Shown here piece by piece: positions 1 through 8,742 of a stretch of DNA of 53,465 nt (the stretch's first letter is position 1; each line of letters starts with the position of its first letter). The DNA is from a virus (Duplodnaviria; Caudoviricetes), in IMG/VR virus record IMGVR_UViG_3300025083_000042, positions 1-53,465 of that record; one strand, written 5' to 3'. The position numbers and the translations under genes are program-made. The notes below the pieces were generated by a model. It was not told the origin of the DNA and searched no databases. It worked only from the letters and a program-made list of their open reading frames with translations.

Positions 1-15
1 TGGTTACTAACCCGT

Positions 16-363
16 TTAGTTATTTATTCTGAAACTTTGATAAGGAATTGCACGAAGTGTTTTAAGTTCCATAGGATCAACTACACGAAGAGTATCTGAT
101 TCTTCCCAAGTATAATTCCTAAAATCACCCCAATGATAATTAAGTCCTCTAAAACCCCATTCAAAGACACCAACACAAGCAATTAATGGAAACTGATCAT
201 ATTCAACTCTCGGTGTTTTTGCCCGATAGATGAATGTGTAATACTTACCAACATCAGGAATGACTTCTACATCGGTTAGAATTTCCATAATTTCTAACAT
301 CATATCATCAGGATCTGTCATACTTGAGATCCTATTTTCATCCTCTTCTTTAAATCTATTCAT
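16..363 (-). CDS. DNA end protector protein, gp2-like (short form)
   Basis: YTFIYRAKT...YDQFPLI...GFRGLNYHW resembles the T4 gp2 core; directly downstream of gp4 as in T4-like phages. Confidence 0.6.
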   Translation of the reverse strand: MNRFKEEDENRISSMTDPDDMMLEIMEILTDVEVIPDVGKYYTFIYRAKTPRVEYDQFPLIACVGVFEWGFRGLNYHWGDFRNYTWEESDTLRVVDPMELKTLRAIPYQSFRINN

Positions 364-809
364 TTTTTCCAGTGGTAGAGTTCATCTTCAGTAATAATCT
401 TAAACTCAATTAAATTATCCTTACAAAAATCAACTGCTGCCTTCCATTTTGCTTGATTTACAGCATAAGTCTTTGCTTCTGTAATAAACCCTTTAGTTAC
501 TCTTTTCTTTTTGATCGGTGGTAGAGTTTGTTTCTTAGGTTTGATTTCAATTACATACTTTTTTAATTTACCACTCTTTTCTTTCACTTCAATCAGAAAG
601 TCTGGATAGTATCTATGTGGTCTTCCGTCAACTGGTGAGATATAAGGTATTGAGAACTCTTCTGATGCCCATTTCACGATATTTGGATTCACATCACAGT
701 ATCGACAAAACTGTCTTTCCCAAGAACTTCTACAAATAATATTGTTTGAATTGCCAAGGTATTTTTCAGGATGTGATGGTTTATAAATTGACTTTATACT
801 TTGACCCAT
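360..809 (-). CDS. gp4: Head completion nuclease gp4
   Basis: YKPSHPEKYLG, RSSWE, WASEE, YYPDF, EIKP, NQAKWKAA motifs typical of T4 gp4 (PD-(D/E)xK fold). Confidence 0.9.
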   Translation of the reverse strand: MGQSIKSIYKPSHPEKYLGNSNNIICRSSWERQFCRYCDVNPNIVKWASEEFSIPYISPVDGRPHRYYPDFLIEVKEKSGKLKKYVIEIKPKKQTLPPIKKKRVTKGFITEAKTYAVNQAKWKAAVDFCKDNLIEFKIITEDELYHWKK

Positions 810-845
810 CTAATATACATAGTATTATAATGTAGAAATATTTAG

Positions 846-1487
846 ATGCCTGGACCATATCCAAATTCAGTCAAAACATCGGCACTAAAGAGTAAAATTC
901 TTCATGTTGCCCAGACATCTGTATATCAAGTTAAAGTTCAACCACCAATTAGTGTACTAACTTTCTTGAATGCAAGAAATTTCAATTATTATGCAGATGG
1001 TGAAAATGTTGAATTGATGTGTTCTGCCGCATCACTTCCTGGTGTAAATCTTTTCACTCATGAAGCAACAAATGACTTCGCAGGTATGTCAGAAAAAATG
1101 GCATACCGAAAGGATTTTGGAAATACTCTTGATTTGACATTCATGGTCAATAATAGATATGATGTGATTGAATTGTTTGATGGTTGGGTCGATTTTATTG
1201 CAGGACAAACTACGAATAATAGAGGATACGAAAATTCCGCAGTATCTTATCGGATGAATTATCCTAATAGCTATAGAAGTCCGATTCATGTAACTAAATT
1301 TGAGAAGAATGCCAGAGCAGAAAGAAAAAGAAATATTAATGATAGTTATCAATTACGATATACTTTTATCGATGCATTCCCGATTAGCATTGCACCAACA
1401 CAAGTCAGTTATGAAGCAAGTGATGTGTTGAAATATAATATCTCCATGTCGTACACTAGATACATTAGAGAGCGTAGTTTTGCCTAA
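846..1487 (+). CDS. gp54: Baseplate tail-tube initiator gp54-like (tube-protein fold)
   Basis: LMCSAASLPG...LDLTF...FDGW...FIDAFPISI pattern of the gp19/gp54 family; position upstream of gp26. Confidence 0.6.
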   Translation: MPGPYPNSVKTSALKSKILHVAQTSVYQVKVQPPISVLTFLNARNFNYYADGENVELMCSAASLPGVNLFTHEATNDFAGMSEKMAYRKDFGNTLDLTFMVNNRYDVIELFDGWVDFIAGQTTNNRGYENSAVSYRMNYPNSYRSPIHVTKFEKNARAERKRNINDSYQLRYTFIDAFPISIAPTQVSYEASDVLKYNISMSYTRYIRERSFA

Positions 1488-1493
1488 TAAATA
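1486..1493 (+). promoter_or_regulatory. T4-type late promoter AATAAATA
   Basis: NATAAATA 25 nt upstream of the gp26 ATG. Confidence 0.65.
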
Positions 1494-1518
1494 GTTTCAC
1501 TTATTATTGTAGTTTATT

Positions 1519-2238
1519 ATGCCTTTGCCAAAGATTGTAACTCCTGAGTATGACTTGGTATTACCATCAACACAGAAGAAAATTACTTATAGGCCCTTTT
1601 TAGTTAAAGAAGAAAAACTTCTAGTTCTTGCCCTCGAAAGTGAGAATACAAAACAGATTACAACCGCAATCAAATCTGTTTTAAAAAGTTGCATTCTTAC
1701 GAGAGGTATTAAAGTAGAGAAACTTCCGACTTTTGATATTGAATATTTGTTCTTAAATATCAGAGCAAGGTCGGTTGGTGAAGAAGTTGAGGTAAACATT
1801 GTGGCACCTGACGATGGTGAAACAAATGTAACAGTTACTATTGACCTTGAGGACATTCAAGTTCAAACTAATGAAAACCACTCTAATAAGATTAAACTTG
1901 ATGAGACTTTGGTAATGGAGATGAAGTATCCTTCATTGGAACAATTCATTTCAAACAACTTTGATTTTGAAGGTGAAACTGATATTAATCAATCATTTGA
2001 ATTAATTGCATCATGTATTGATAAGATTTATAATGAAGACGAGGTTTGGTCTACTGATGACTGTACTAAAAAGGAAGTCGTTGACTTCTTGGAACAGATG
2101 AGTTCAACACAATTTAAAGAAATTGAACAATTCTTTGAGACTATGCCAAAACTATCTCACACAATTGAGATTACTAACCCAAGCACTAAAGTAAAAAGTA
2201 CTATCGTTTTGGAGGGTTTATCCAGTTTTTTCGCATAG
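1519..2238 (+). CDS. gp26: Baseplate hub assembly protein gp26
   Basis: MPLPKI.TP.Y.L.LPST.K.I.YRPFLVKEEK and FDIEYLFLNIRARSVGE are characteristic of the gp26 family. Confidence 0.9.
   Translation: MPLPKIVTPEYDLVLPSTQKKITYRPFLVKEEKLLVLALESENTKQITTAIKSVLKSCILTRGIKVEKLPTFDIEYLFLNIRARSVGEEVEVNIVAPDDGETNVTVTIDLEDIQVQTNENHSNKIKLDETLVMEMKYPSLEQFISNNFDFEGETDINQSFELIASCIDKIYNEDEVWSTDDCTKKEVVDFLEQMSSTQFKEIEQFFETMPKLSHTIEITNPSTKVKSTIVLEGLSSFFA
2226..2232 (+). other. Candidate -1 ribosomal frameshift heptamer T TTT TTC
   Basis: In-frame X XXY YYZ heptamer ending one codon (GCA) before the gp26 stop; the -1 frame is open into the gp51 ORF. Confidence 0.6.
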
Positions 2239-2240
2239 GC

Positions 2241-2420
2241 ATGATCCATATGGATCTAGAGAGTTATTTTAAATTAAACTTTGCGATGATGCAATACCAC
2301 AAATACTCTCTCACTGAAATTGAAAATATGATGCCCTTTGAAAGAGACATTTACGTTGCTCTCTTACAACAACATTTAGAGGAAGAAGAACAAAAGCAAA
2401 AGGCAAGACAGAATGGCTAG
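2241..2420 (+). CDS. gp51: Baseplate hub assembly chaperone gp51-like (59 aa, not in ORF track)
   Basis: Manual translation MIHMDLESYFKLNFAMMQYHKYSLTEIENMMPFERDIYVALLQQHLEEEEQKQKARQNG; SLTEIENMMP.ER.IY motif; follows gp26. Confidence 0.8.
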   Translation: MIHMDLESYFKLNFAMMQYHKYSLTEIENMMPFERDIYVALLQQHLEEEEQKQKARQNG

Positions 2421-5394
2421 AGATCCTAAAGTAACAAGAAAGGCTTATGAATATAAGTTAGGGAAGGATCTTGCCTCAAAATTAGACGATAAACAGATAT
2501 ATTTACTTTCACAATATTATAATTCTCTGAGTGATAAAGAAACTAGTAATATTGATAGTCAGATTGTTCAAGGAAGGAACAATACTGAACTTCATGAAAT
2601 GGCCATAGGTATGGTCGAAGAAAATGAAAGCAAAAAGACTCCACCTAAACCAAAGGCGAAGCCAAAACCAAAAGTAACTCCAAAACCAAAGGCAAAACCA
2701 AAAAAGGTCTACGATGAGAATAGATCTGTTGCATATAAGTTACCAAATCATATTCTCAAAGATCTTGATGAGGATCAAATAAGAGATTTATCAAGTTATT
2801 ATAATTCACTACCACCTGATCAAAAACGTAAGGTTGATAGTGAAATGGCGAAAGGTTCTGGTGATTTGATGGATCTTGCCCGTCAGATGTCCGATCCGTT
2901 ACAAGAAAAATATAATACTGGAGGGTTAGATACCTGGACCGGTAAACCCAAAGATAATAGTAATGCAAAGCAGGGCCCAATGCCAATGCCCTCTGCTAAG
3001 AAAAAACCAGACAAAAAGGCTGTAACCGCCCTTGTTAAGAAGTTTAGTACCGATAAAAAAGATACTAAACAACCTACTAATGAGACTATTGACCCAGAAG
3101 TATTGAATATGCTGGGTCTAGATGATATATCTGACTTTGATTATGATGATTATAAAACTCTTCTGAAAGAGAAGATGTTGGCCAATCAAATGGTTGGTGG
3201 TAGGGGTGATAATGATTTACTAAAAAATGAATTTAAGAGAGTAAAGAGTAAGACCGGTAGGTTCAAACCTAAGAAGAAAACAGTCAATGTATCTAAGGTA
3301 GTTCAAAGTGGTAAAAAATATAACAAATCTGCGGTCAATACACAAAAACTTTTAAGTGGTTCTAAAGAAGCAGAATCGACTAAAGCTCAAGTAAAGGGTA
3401 ACGCAGTTGCAGATTCTTTTGCAAATATCGGTCTAACTCTACTTGGTATTGATAGTCTTCTTAAGGGGTTGTTGGGTGAAGAGAAGAAAGAATCGGAACA
3501 AGACGCAAAAGCTGCAAGAAAATCTGCACAGAAGGCAGAGGAGGCCAAGTCTGAAAAGAGTGCAAAGACGAAAGCAACTAATGCACTAAAGGGGTTCAAA
3601 GCTCCGAAGATGGGTTTCCTTGATATGATCAAGAGATTTTTTAAGAATATCTTACTTGGTGGTTTTATACTGAAGGCACTTGATTGGTTTCAAGATGAAG
3701 AAAATCAAAAGAAAATTCAGAATGTAATTACATTTATTACAGATAATCTAGATAAAATTCTCGTGGGTATTGCTGCCCTGGTTGGTATTGGTATTGGTGC
3801 AAAGATACTTGGTTTCTTAACCTTGTTTACTCCTTTGGTAACCGGTTTATTTGGCCTACTTTCTGCAATGGCGCCCATATTAGCACCTATTGTCGCTGCA
3901 CTTTTACTTTGGAAAGGTGGCATGGAAGGAGGAAAGGCACTTCAAGATCTTATCAATAGACAAAGGGGTGGTGGTCAAAAGGAGACAGAAGAAGGATTGC
4001 GGTATAGTGACAAATCAGTAGAAGAACTTCGTCAAAGTTTAAATTTGTTGTTACAACAAACAGACAAAAAAACAAATCGTATTCCTCTACTCTTGGGTCT
4101 CTTTCCTGATTGGGCAAAACCATACAGTGAAGGTGAGAAAAGAGAATTTTTAGAAGATCAACTCAAAAAACTTGATGAGTTACAAAAAAGAATACGAATT
4201 ACTAAGTCTGTTAATGACGATTTGTATAGACTCCAATTACAATTAAAAAAGGGGAATACAGAACTTGAACGATTGAGATCTTCTGGCGCATCTACAGACA
4301 AAATTGAGAAACAGGAGAAATTTGTCAAGGACTTGGAAAAACAAGTACAAACTTTTACTACCAATAAAGAACAAAGTGTCAAAATAGAGCAAAGGTTAAT
4401 TGGTGATATTGATTTTAATGAGTTACTTAAAGACCCCAAACTTGCAAGCTCTATTCCAGATGAGATAAGGGACACACTCAAGAAGAGTTCTGCCAATGTA
4501 GAAGTACAAACAACAACTCCACAAACACCAATGCTTTCTTCTAGTGGTACACCAGATGTAATTATTCCTTTGGATCATGCAAGAGGTCGTATACCTGATA
4601 AAACTGGTGGTAACACATTTACAGCGGCAGGTCAGACCGGTGCTTATAACCCAATAACTGGAAGTACAGAAAGAGATTATCAGGATCCAGCTGCAGCAAT
4701 GTTACAGGCTGAGTTAGCAAAAAGTGGTGTTAAAGCAAAAATTGTAAGACCTGAAGATTTTGCAAGTTATGAAGAATATGACAAATTCTTGAAAAAAATG
4801 GATAACGCGGGAGTGGTTAGTGTCCCACTTCACTTTGACGCTATTAGATCCGCATCAGGAATTGGATATCTTACAAGAACAAGGTCAGGTGATGCTGGAG
4901 ATGCTAAATTGGCTGCCCCAATTAATGAAGTTTTAAAACAGTTTCAAGGTGAAAATTCAGACACTGGTACCTTTGCACCAGACACTAAACAAAATACAAC
5001 AGTAGACTTGAGTCGTAAGTCTCCAGCTGCTCTTGTAGAATTGGGTATCATGGCAGAGTTAGAAGCAAAGTTTGGGAAAAATTACACCAAACATCCTAAA
5101 TTTATAAAATTAATCCAAGGGCTTTCGGGGGCAATTATAGAGGGTGGTGGATTTCCGACTCCTCCCGGAATGCAGGAAGTCAAACCAGGTCATAGTAGAC
5201 CAGAACCACCAGCACCACCCAATACTGATCCGGCGCCTACAGTAATACCGATAGGTGGAGCAGGTTCTAGTGATCCCGAACTTTCAAGTGCTAGTGGTGG
5301 TCGAGCTGCTGCAGCATCATTCTCCTCAATAGATATGAGTAATATAAGCCTAGAACCAATTGGTGCAATGTATAACCTTCCAAAAGTAAGATAA
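2413..5394 (+). CDS. Tape-measure-like/baseplate protein with C-terminal N-acetylmuramoyl-L-alanine amidase (Amidase_3-like) domain
   Basis: Lys-rich helical N-half, hydrophobic central segments, coiled coil; VIIPLDH...TERD...SVPLHFDA...PAALVELG fits the H/E/H/E amidase pattern; located between gp51 and hub genes. Confidence 0.65.
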   Translation: MARDPKVTRKAYEYKLGKDLASKLDDKQIYLLSQYYNSLSDKETSNIDSQIVQGRNNTELHEMAIGMVEENESKKTPPKPKAKPKPKVTPKPKAKPKKVYDENRSVAYKLPNHILKDLDEDQIRDLSSYYNSLPPDQKRKVDSEMAKGSGDLMDLARQMSDPLQEKYNTGGLDTWTGKPKDNSNAKQGPMPMPSAKKKPDKKAVTALVKKFSTDKKDTKQPTNETIDPEVLNMLGLDDISDFDYDDYKTLLKEKMLANQMVGGRGDNDLLKNEFKRVKSKTGRFKPKKKTVNVSKVVQSGKKYNKSAVNTQKLLSGSKEAESTKAQVKGNAVADSFANIGLTLLGIDSLLKGLLGEEKKESEQDAKAARKSAQKAEEAKSEKSAKTKATNALKGFKAPKMGFLDMIKRFFKNILLGGFILKALDWFQDEENQKKIQNVITFITDNLDKILVGIAALVGIGIGAKILGFLTLFTPLVTGLFGLLSAMAPILAPIVAALLLWKGGMEGGKALQDLINRQRGGGQKETEEGLRYSDKSVEELRQSLNLLLQQTDKKTNRIPLLLGLFPDWAKPYSEGEKREFLEDQLKKLDELQKRIRITKSVNDDLYRLQLQLKKGNTELERLRSSGASTDKIEKQEKFVKDLEKQVQTFTTNKEQSVKIEQRLIGDIDFNELLKDPKLASSIPDEIRDTLKKSSANVEVQTTTPQTPMLSSSGTPDVIIPLDHARGRIPDKTGGNTFTAAGQTGAYNPITGSTERDYQDPAAAMLQAELAKSGVKAKIVRPEDFASYEEYDKFLKKMDNAGVVSVPLHFDAIRSASGIGYLTRTRSGDAGDAKLAAPINEVLKQFQGENSDTGTFAPDTKQNTTVDLSRKSPAALVELGIMAELEAKFGKNYTKHPKFIKLIQGLSGAIIEGGGFPTPPGMQEVKPGHSRPEPPAPPNTDPAPTVIPIGGAGSSDPELSSASGGRAAAASFSSIDMSNISLEPIGAMYNLPKVR

Positions 5395-7427
5395 TGGCAT
5401 TACCACTATTACTCGGCGGAGCAGCAAAAGGTTTAATTGGTTCTGGCAAAAAGAAACCAAAGTCTGGCAAAGAAGTCGCAGGAAAACTTGTCAAACGTAA
5501 AGAAGAACAAGATACTAAAAAGCCTTCGGTACAAAAGAAACTCGCACCTACTCAGGTGTCAGGTAAAAAGTTTTTTGGTAGTAAATCATCAACTCCTAAA
5601 GTAAAGAAACTAAAACCAAATACAGGTAATAGTCAATTAGATGATGTACTTCAGTCGATTCAATCATCAGTATCTAAATTGGCAGGTACTATTGGGAATT
5701 TTGTGAGATTTAAAAGAAAGGATGGTGCAGAGAAGACTAAAAGAAAAAATAAAATGTTGGCCCGTCTGAGAGAAGTTGGGTTTGGAATGGTAGGTGGTGC
5801 TTTACTTTTAGGTAAACAGTTACTCAAAAAAATTCCATTTTTTGATAGGATTAAAAACTTCTTTGTGAATATCCTACTCGGTGGTCTTGTATTGATGATA
5901 CTTGACAATATTAAACCGATCATTGAAACTATAAAAGATGTTGTAAAAAAAATTAAAAATATATTCAAATTAATCAATAAGTATCTCTTTCAACCAATGA
6001 TAGAAGCTGGTAAGTTTCTTATTGGTACGGTATTACCTATTATAAATGATATACTCAAATCTCCACCTGTTGATTTTGTAATAACTCAAATTGAAAATCT
6101 AATCAAGACTCTTGAGGATACTTTTCCTGGTCTTGAAACTATTAGTAATACCGTTGGGGATCTTTTTAAAAAGATACAAGGTGTAGTATTGCCTGGTGGT
6201 GGTACTGACAATTCTTCTGATAGTTCTCAATATGACACATCTTCAGGTGGATTACTTGCACCGGGTGGTGTAGAACAAGGTGAAAAGGCAAAGGGTCAAG
6301 TATCTCAGGCTGGATTTGGTGAATCTGAATTTCTTCTTTATAGAGATACTGTTGCACAGATTGAATCCGGTGGAAAATACGATATTCAGGGTGGATCGAA
6401 GGATGAGTTTGGCGTTGGTAAGTATGCCGGTAGATATCAGATGGGTGCAATGGCCAGAAAAGATGCTGCAAGACTACTAGGTGAAACATATCAAGGAGAT
6501 GATGAAGCAGCAAGAAAAACATTTAGGGAAGATAAACAAATGCAGGAAAGATATTTTGCTGCATATACTCGTGCTAATCATCAGTTACTGATGAATAGTA
6601 GTTCTGAATATAGAGAGCTACCTAAAGAAGAAAAACTTCAAGTTCTTGGTTATGCACATAATCTTGGATGGTCTAACGCAGCTGAGTGGTTAGCTCGTGG
6701 AAGAACTAATAGTGGTGCTGATGGTGCAGGAACAAAAGCGGACACATTTGCAAAAAATATTAAAAAGGCACAAGAGGAAAGAAGACAACCAGTACCACCT
6801 GCACTAAGGTCTCCAGCTCAGGCAGGTAAAAGTAGAGTTCAGACTGATATTGAAGAATTTAGACAGTTTAGAACACAATTTGGGTATACTTCACAAAGAA
6901 AACCAACTCTTAATGCAGAGAACTTACAAATTCGTGAAATGGGTACCTATGGTAGTGGTAACTATGACATCAGTCCTTTGGCTGATGATACCAACTATGA
7001 GATTGAGGTACATAAAGGTGCAGGACATCATGAAAACCGTGCGTTTGATATTCCAGTTCCTAGTAAAGCAGTTGGTGACAAAGTTAGTCAATTCTGGAAA
7101 TCAAAAGGTTACACTACTATTTGGCAATCAAAGGGACATTATAATCATGTTCATGTAGAAGTTCCTAAAAATAAAGCTGCAGAGTTTTTCAATATTGCAC
7201 CAGAACAACCACAAGTGGCACCACCTGCTGAAAGAAGAGAAGCAGAAGAGATTAGTAGACAGGCAGAATATGAAAAGCAGGGAGGAACTGTAATTATTGC
7301 TGCGTCTACTCCCACTGGAGAGAGTGGTGGTGATTCTGGTTCTGGTGGTGGAAGTCCTACTATTATTGATGGCGGTTCAAATAAATACCTAGAGATTGCA
7401 ATGCAAAATAATTTATTCAGTCGATAA
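5394..7427 (+). CDS. Tape-measure-like protein with lysozyme-like and M15-type (LAS) peptidase domains
   Basis: IESGGKY...AGRYQM (lysozyme-like fold); HHENRAFD...HYNHVHV (H-x6-D plus HxH); FFDRIKNFFVNILLGG parallels FLDMIKRFFKNILLGG of the upstream gene. Confidence 0.65.
   Translation: MALPLLLGGAAKGLIGSGKKKPKSGKEVAGKLVKRKEEQDTKKPSVQKKLAPTQVSGKKFFGSKSSTPKVKKLKPNTGNSQLDDVLQSIQSSVSKLAGTIGNFVRFKRKDGAEKTKRKNKMLARLREVGFGMVGGALLLGKQLLKKIPFFDRIKNFFVNILLGGLVLMILDNIKPIIETIKDVVKKIKNIFKLINKYLFQPMIEAGKFLIGTVLPIINDILKSPPVDFVITQIENLIKTLEDTFPGLETISNTVGDLFKKIQGVVLPGGGTDNSSDSSQYDTSSGGLLAPGGVEQGEKAKGQVSQAGFGESEFLLYRDTVAQIESGGKYDIQGGSKDEFGVGKYAGRYQMGAMARKDAARLLGETYQGDDEAARKTFREDKQMQERYFAAYTRANHQLLMNSSSEYRELPKEEKLQVLGYAHNLGWSNAAEWLARGRTNSGADGAGTKADTFAKNIKKAQEERRQPVPPALRSPAQAGKSRVQTDIEEFRQFRTQFGYTSQRKPTLNAENLQIREMGTYGSGNYDISPLADDTNYEIEVHKGAGHHENRAFDIPVPSKAVGDKVSQFWKSKGYTTIWQSKGHYNHVHVEVPKNKAAEFFNIAPEQPQVAPPAERREAEEISRQAEYEKQGGTVIIAASTPTGESGGDSGSGGGSPTIIDGGSNKYLEIAMQNNLFSR
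7380..7387 (+). promoter_or_regulatory. Late promoter AATAAATA
   Basis: Motif upstream of the hub gene. Confidence 0.5.
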
Positions 7428-7428
7428 T

Positions 7429-8742
7429 ATGGTATTAAATAATCCTCAAACAGGTCCAGGTAATATAAAGAAATTTACTATTACTTCGAATAAAGGTGGT
7501 AGACAGATTGATTTGTCTAATGGGGTTGTAGAATATCGTTATTATGAAAATGTATTGTCAAATCATATTACATCGAGTGCAATTATAGTAGAGACTGGTG
7601 AACAACTCGAAGGTTCTGCACCAGGTACCTTAGATTCTCTACCAATCAGGGGTGGTGAAAAGACCGATATTATTGTTGAAGATGTTGTTGGGAATGAGTT
7701 GAAGATTGGTAACGGTATGTACGTCAATCGAGTGCAAAATGGAATACCTGGTACAGCTAAAGATATATACCAACTTAATTTTGTATCTGAAGAATATTTC
7801 TTAAATGAACAGACAAGAGTTACTAAAAGATACGAGGGTAATATTGGAACAAATATTGGAGTAATCTTAGCAGATATATTGGGTACAAAAGAATTAATTG
7901 ATATTGATGATACTTCAAATACCTATAATTTTATGGGTAATACTAAAAAACCTTTTTATATTTGTACATGGTTGGCATCTAAATCAATTCCAACATCTTC
8001 TGGAGAAAATTCTGGACCTGCTGGATACTTATTCTTTCAGACGAGAGATGGTTTGTGTTTTAAATCAATTGACGGTCTGTTCTCAAAAGACCCGATAAAG
8101 AAATTTTTATTCAATGATACTGGTAAATTAGTTGCTGGTTATGATGCTAATATATTATCATATAATATTGAAAGTGATATTGATATGACTCGAAATATAA
8201 GTATTGGTGCTTATAATAATAAGACAACTTATTTTGATTTTGTCGGGATGATTTATAAACAGATAGATTTTAATACCGATGTTGCAAAGGATAGTGTAAA
8301 GACTGCTGGTAGAGATTATGACAATGTAAATAAAAAATATACTAAAGACCCACATCGATTTTTTTCTTATATCAAAGATATTGGTGTCAATCCAAATGGG
8401 ACAGGAAATGAGCAATTAGATAATTGGAAAAGCGATAACACAAAACAAAATTTTGATTCTGAACAGGCTCTTGTTCAAGCATTCATGAGATACAATCAAA
8501 TGTTTACAGTTCAAACAAATATTATTATTGCTGGTGATTTCTCGATCAAGGCGGGCGATATGATTGAGTGTGATTTTCCGCAGTTAGAAACTAAATTAAA
8601 TAAAGAAACGAACCAACAAAGTGGGGGTAAATATATGGTAGCAAGTGTATGTCATAAAGTGACTCCAAGAGAAACATATACAAGTTTGGGTTTGGTAAGA
8701 GACTCTTTCGGTAAAACTACAGGTTTTGGTGGTGTAAACTAA
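7429..8742 (+). CDS. Baseplate hub protein (gp27/GPD-like); ATG 7429 preferred over 7396
   Basis: YENVLS...LPIRGGE, GYLFFQTRDG..FKSID, I.GD..IKAGD.I, SGGKYMVASVCH; immediately upstream of gp5. Confidence 0.6.
   Translation: MVLNNPQTGPGNIKKFTITSNKGGRQIDLSNGVVEYRYYENVLSNHITSSAIIVETGEQLEGSAPGTLDSLPIRGGEKTDIIVEDVVGNELKIGNGMYVNRVQNGIPGTAKDIYQLNFVSEEYFLNEQTRVTKRYEGNIGTNIGVILADILGTKELIDIDDTSNTYNFMGNTKKPFYICTWLASKSIPTSSGENSGPAGYLFFQTRDGLCFKSIDGLFSKDPIKKFLFNDTGKLVAGYDANILSYNIESDIDMTRNISIGAYNNKTTYFDFVGMIYKQIDFNTDVAKDSVKTAGRDYDNVNKKYTKDPHRFFSYIKDIGVNPNGTGNEQLDNWKSDNTKQNFDSEQALVQAFMRYNQMFTVQTNIIIAGDFSIKAGDMIECDFPQLETKLNKETNQQSGGKYMVASVCHKVTPRETYTSLGLVRDSFGKTTGFGGVN

Noticed and set aside
360-809. TnsA-like nuclease as a transposon or homing endonuclease
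   Set aside because: Sequence and position match core head-completion gp4; no element ends
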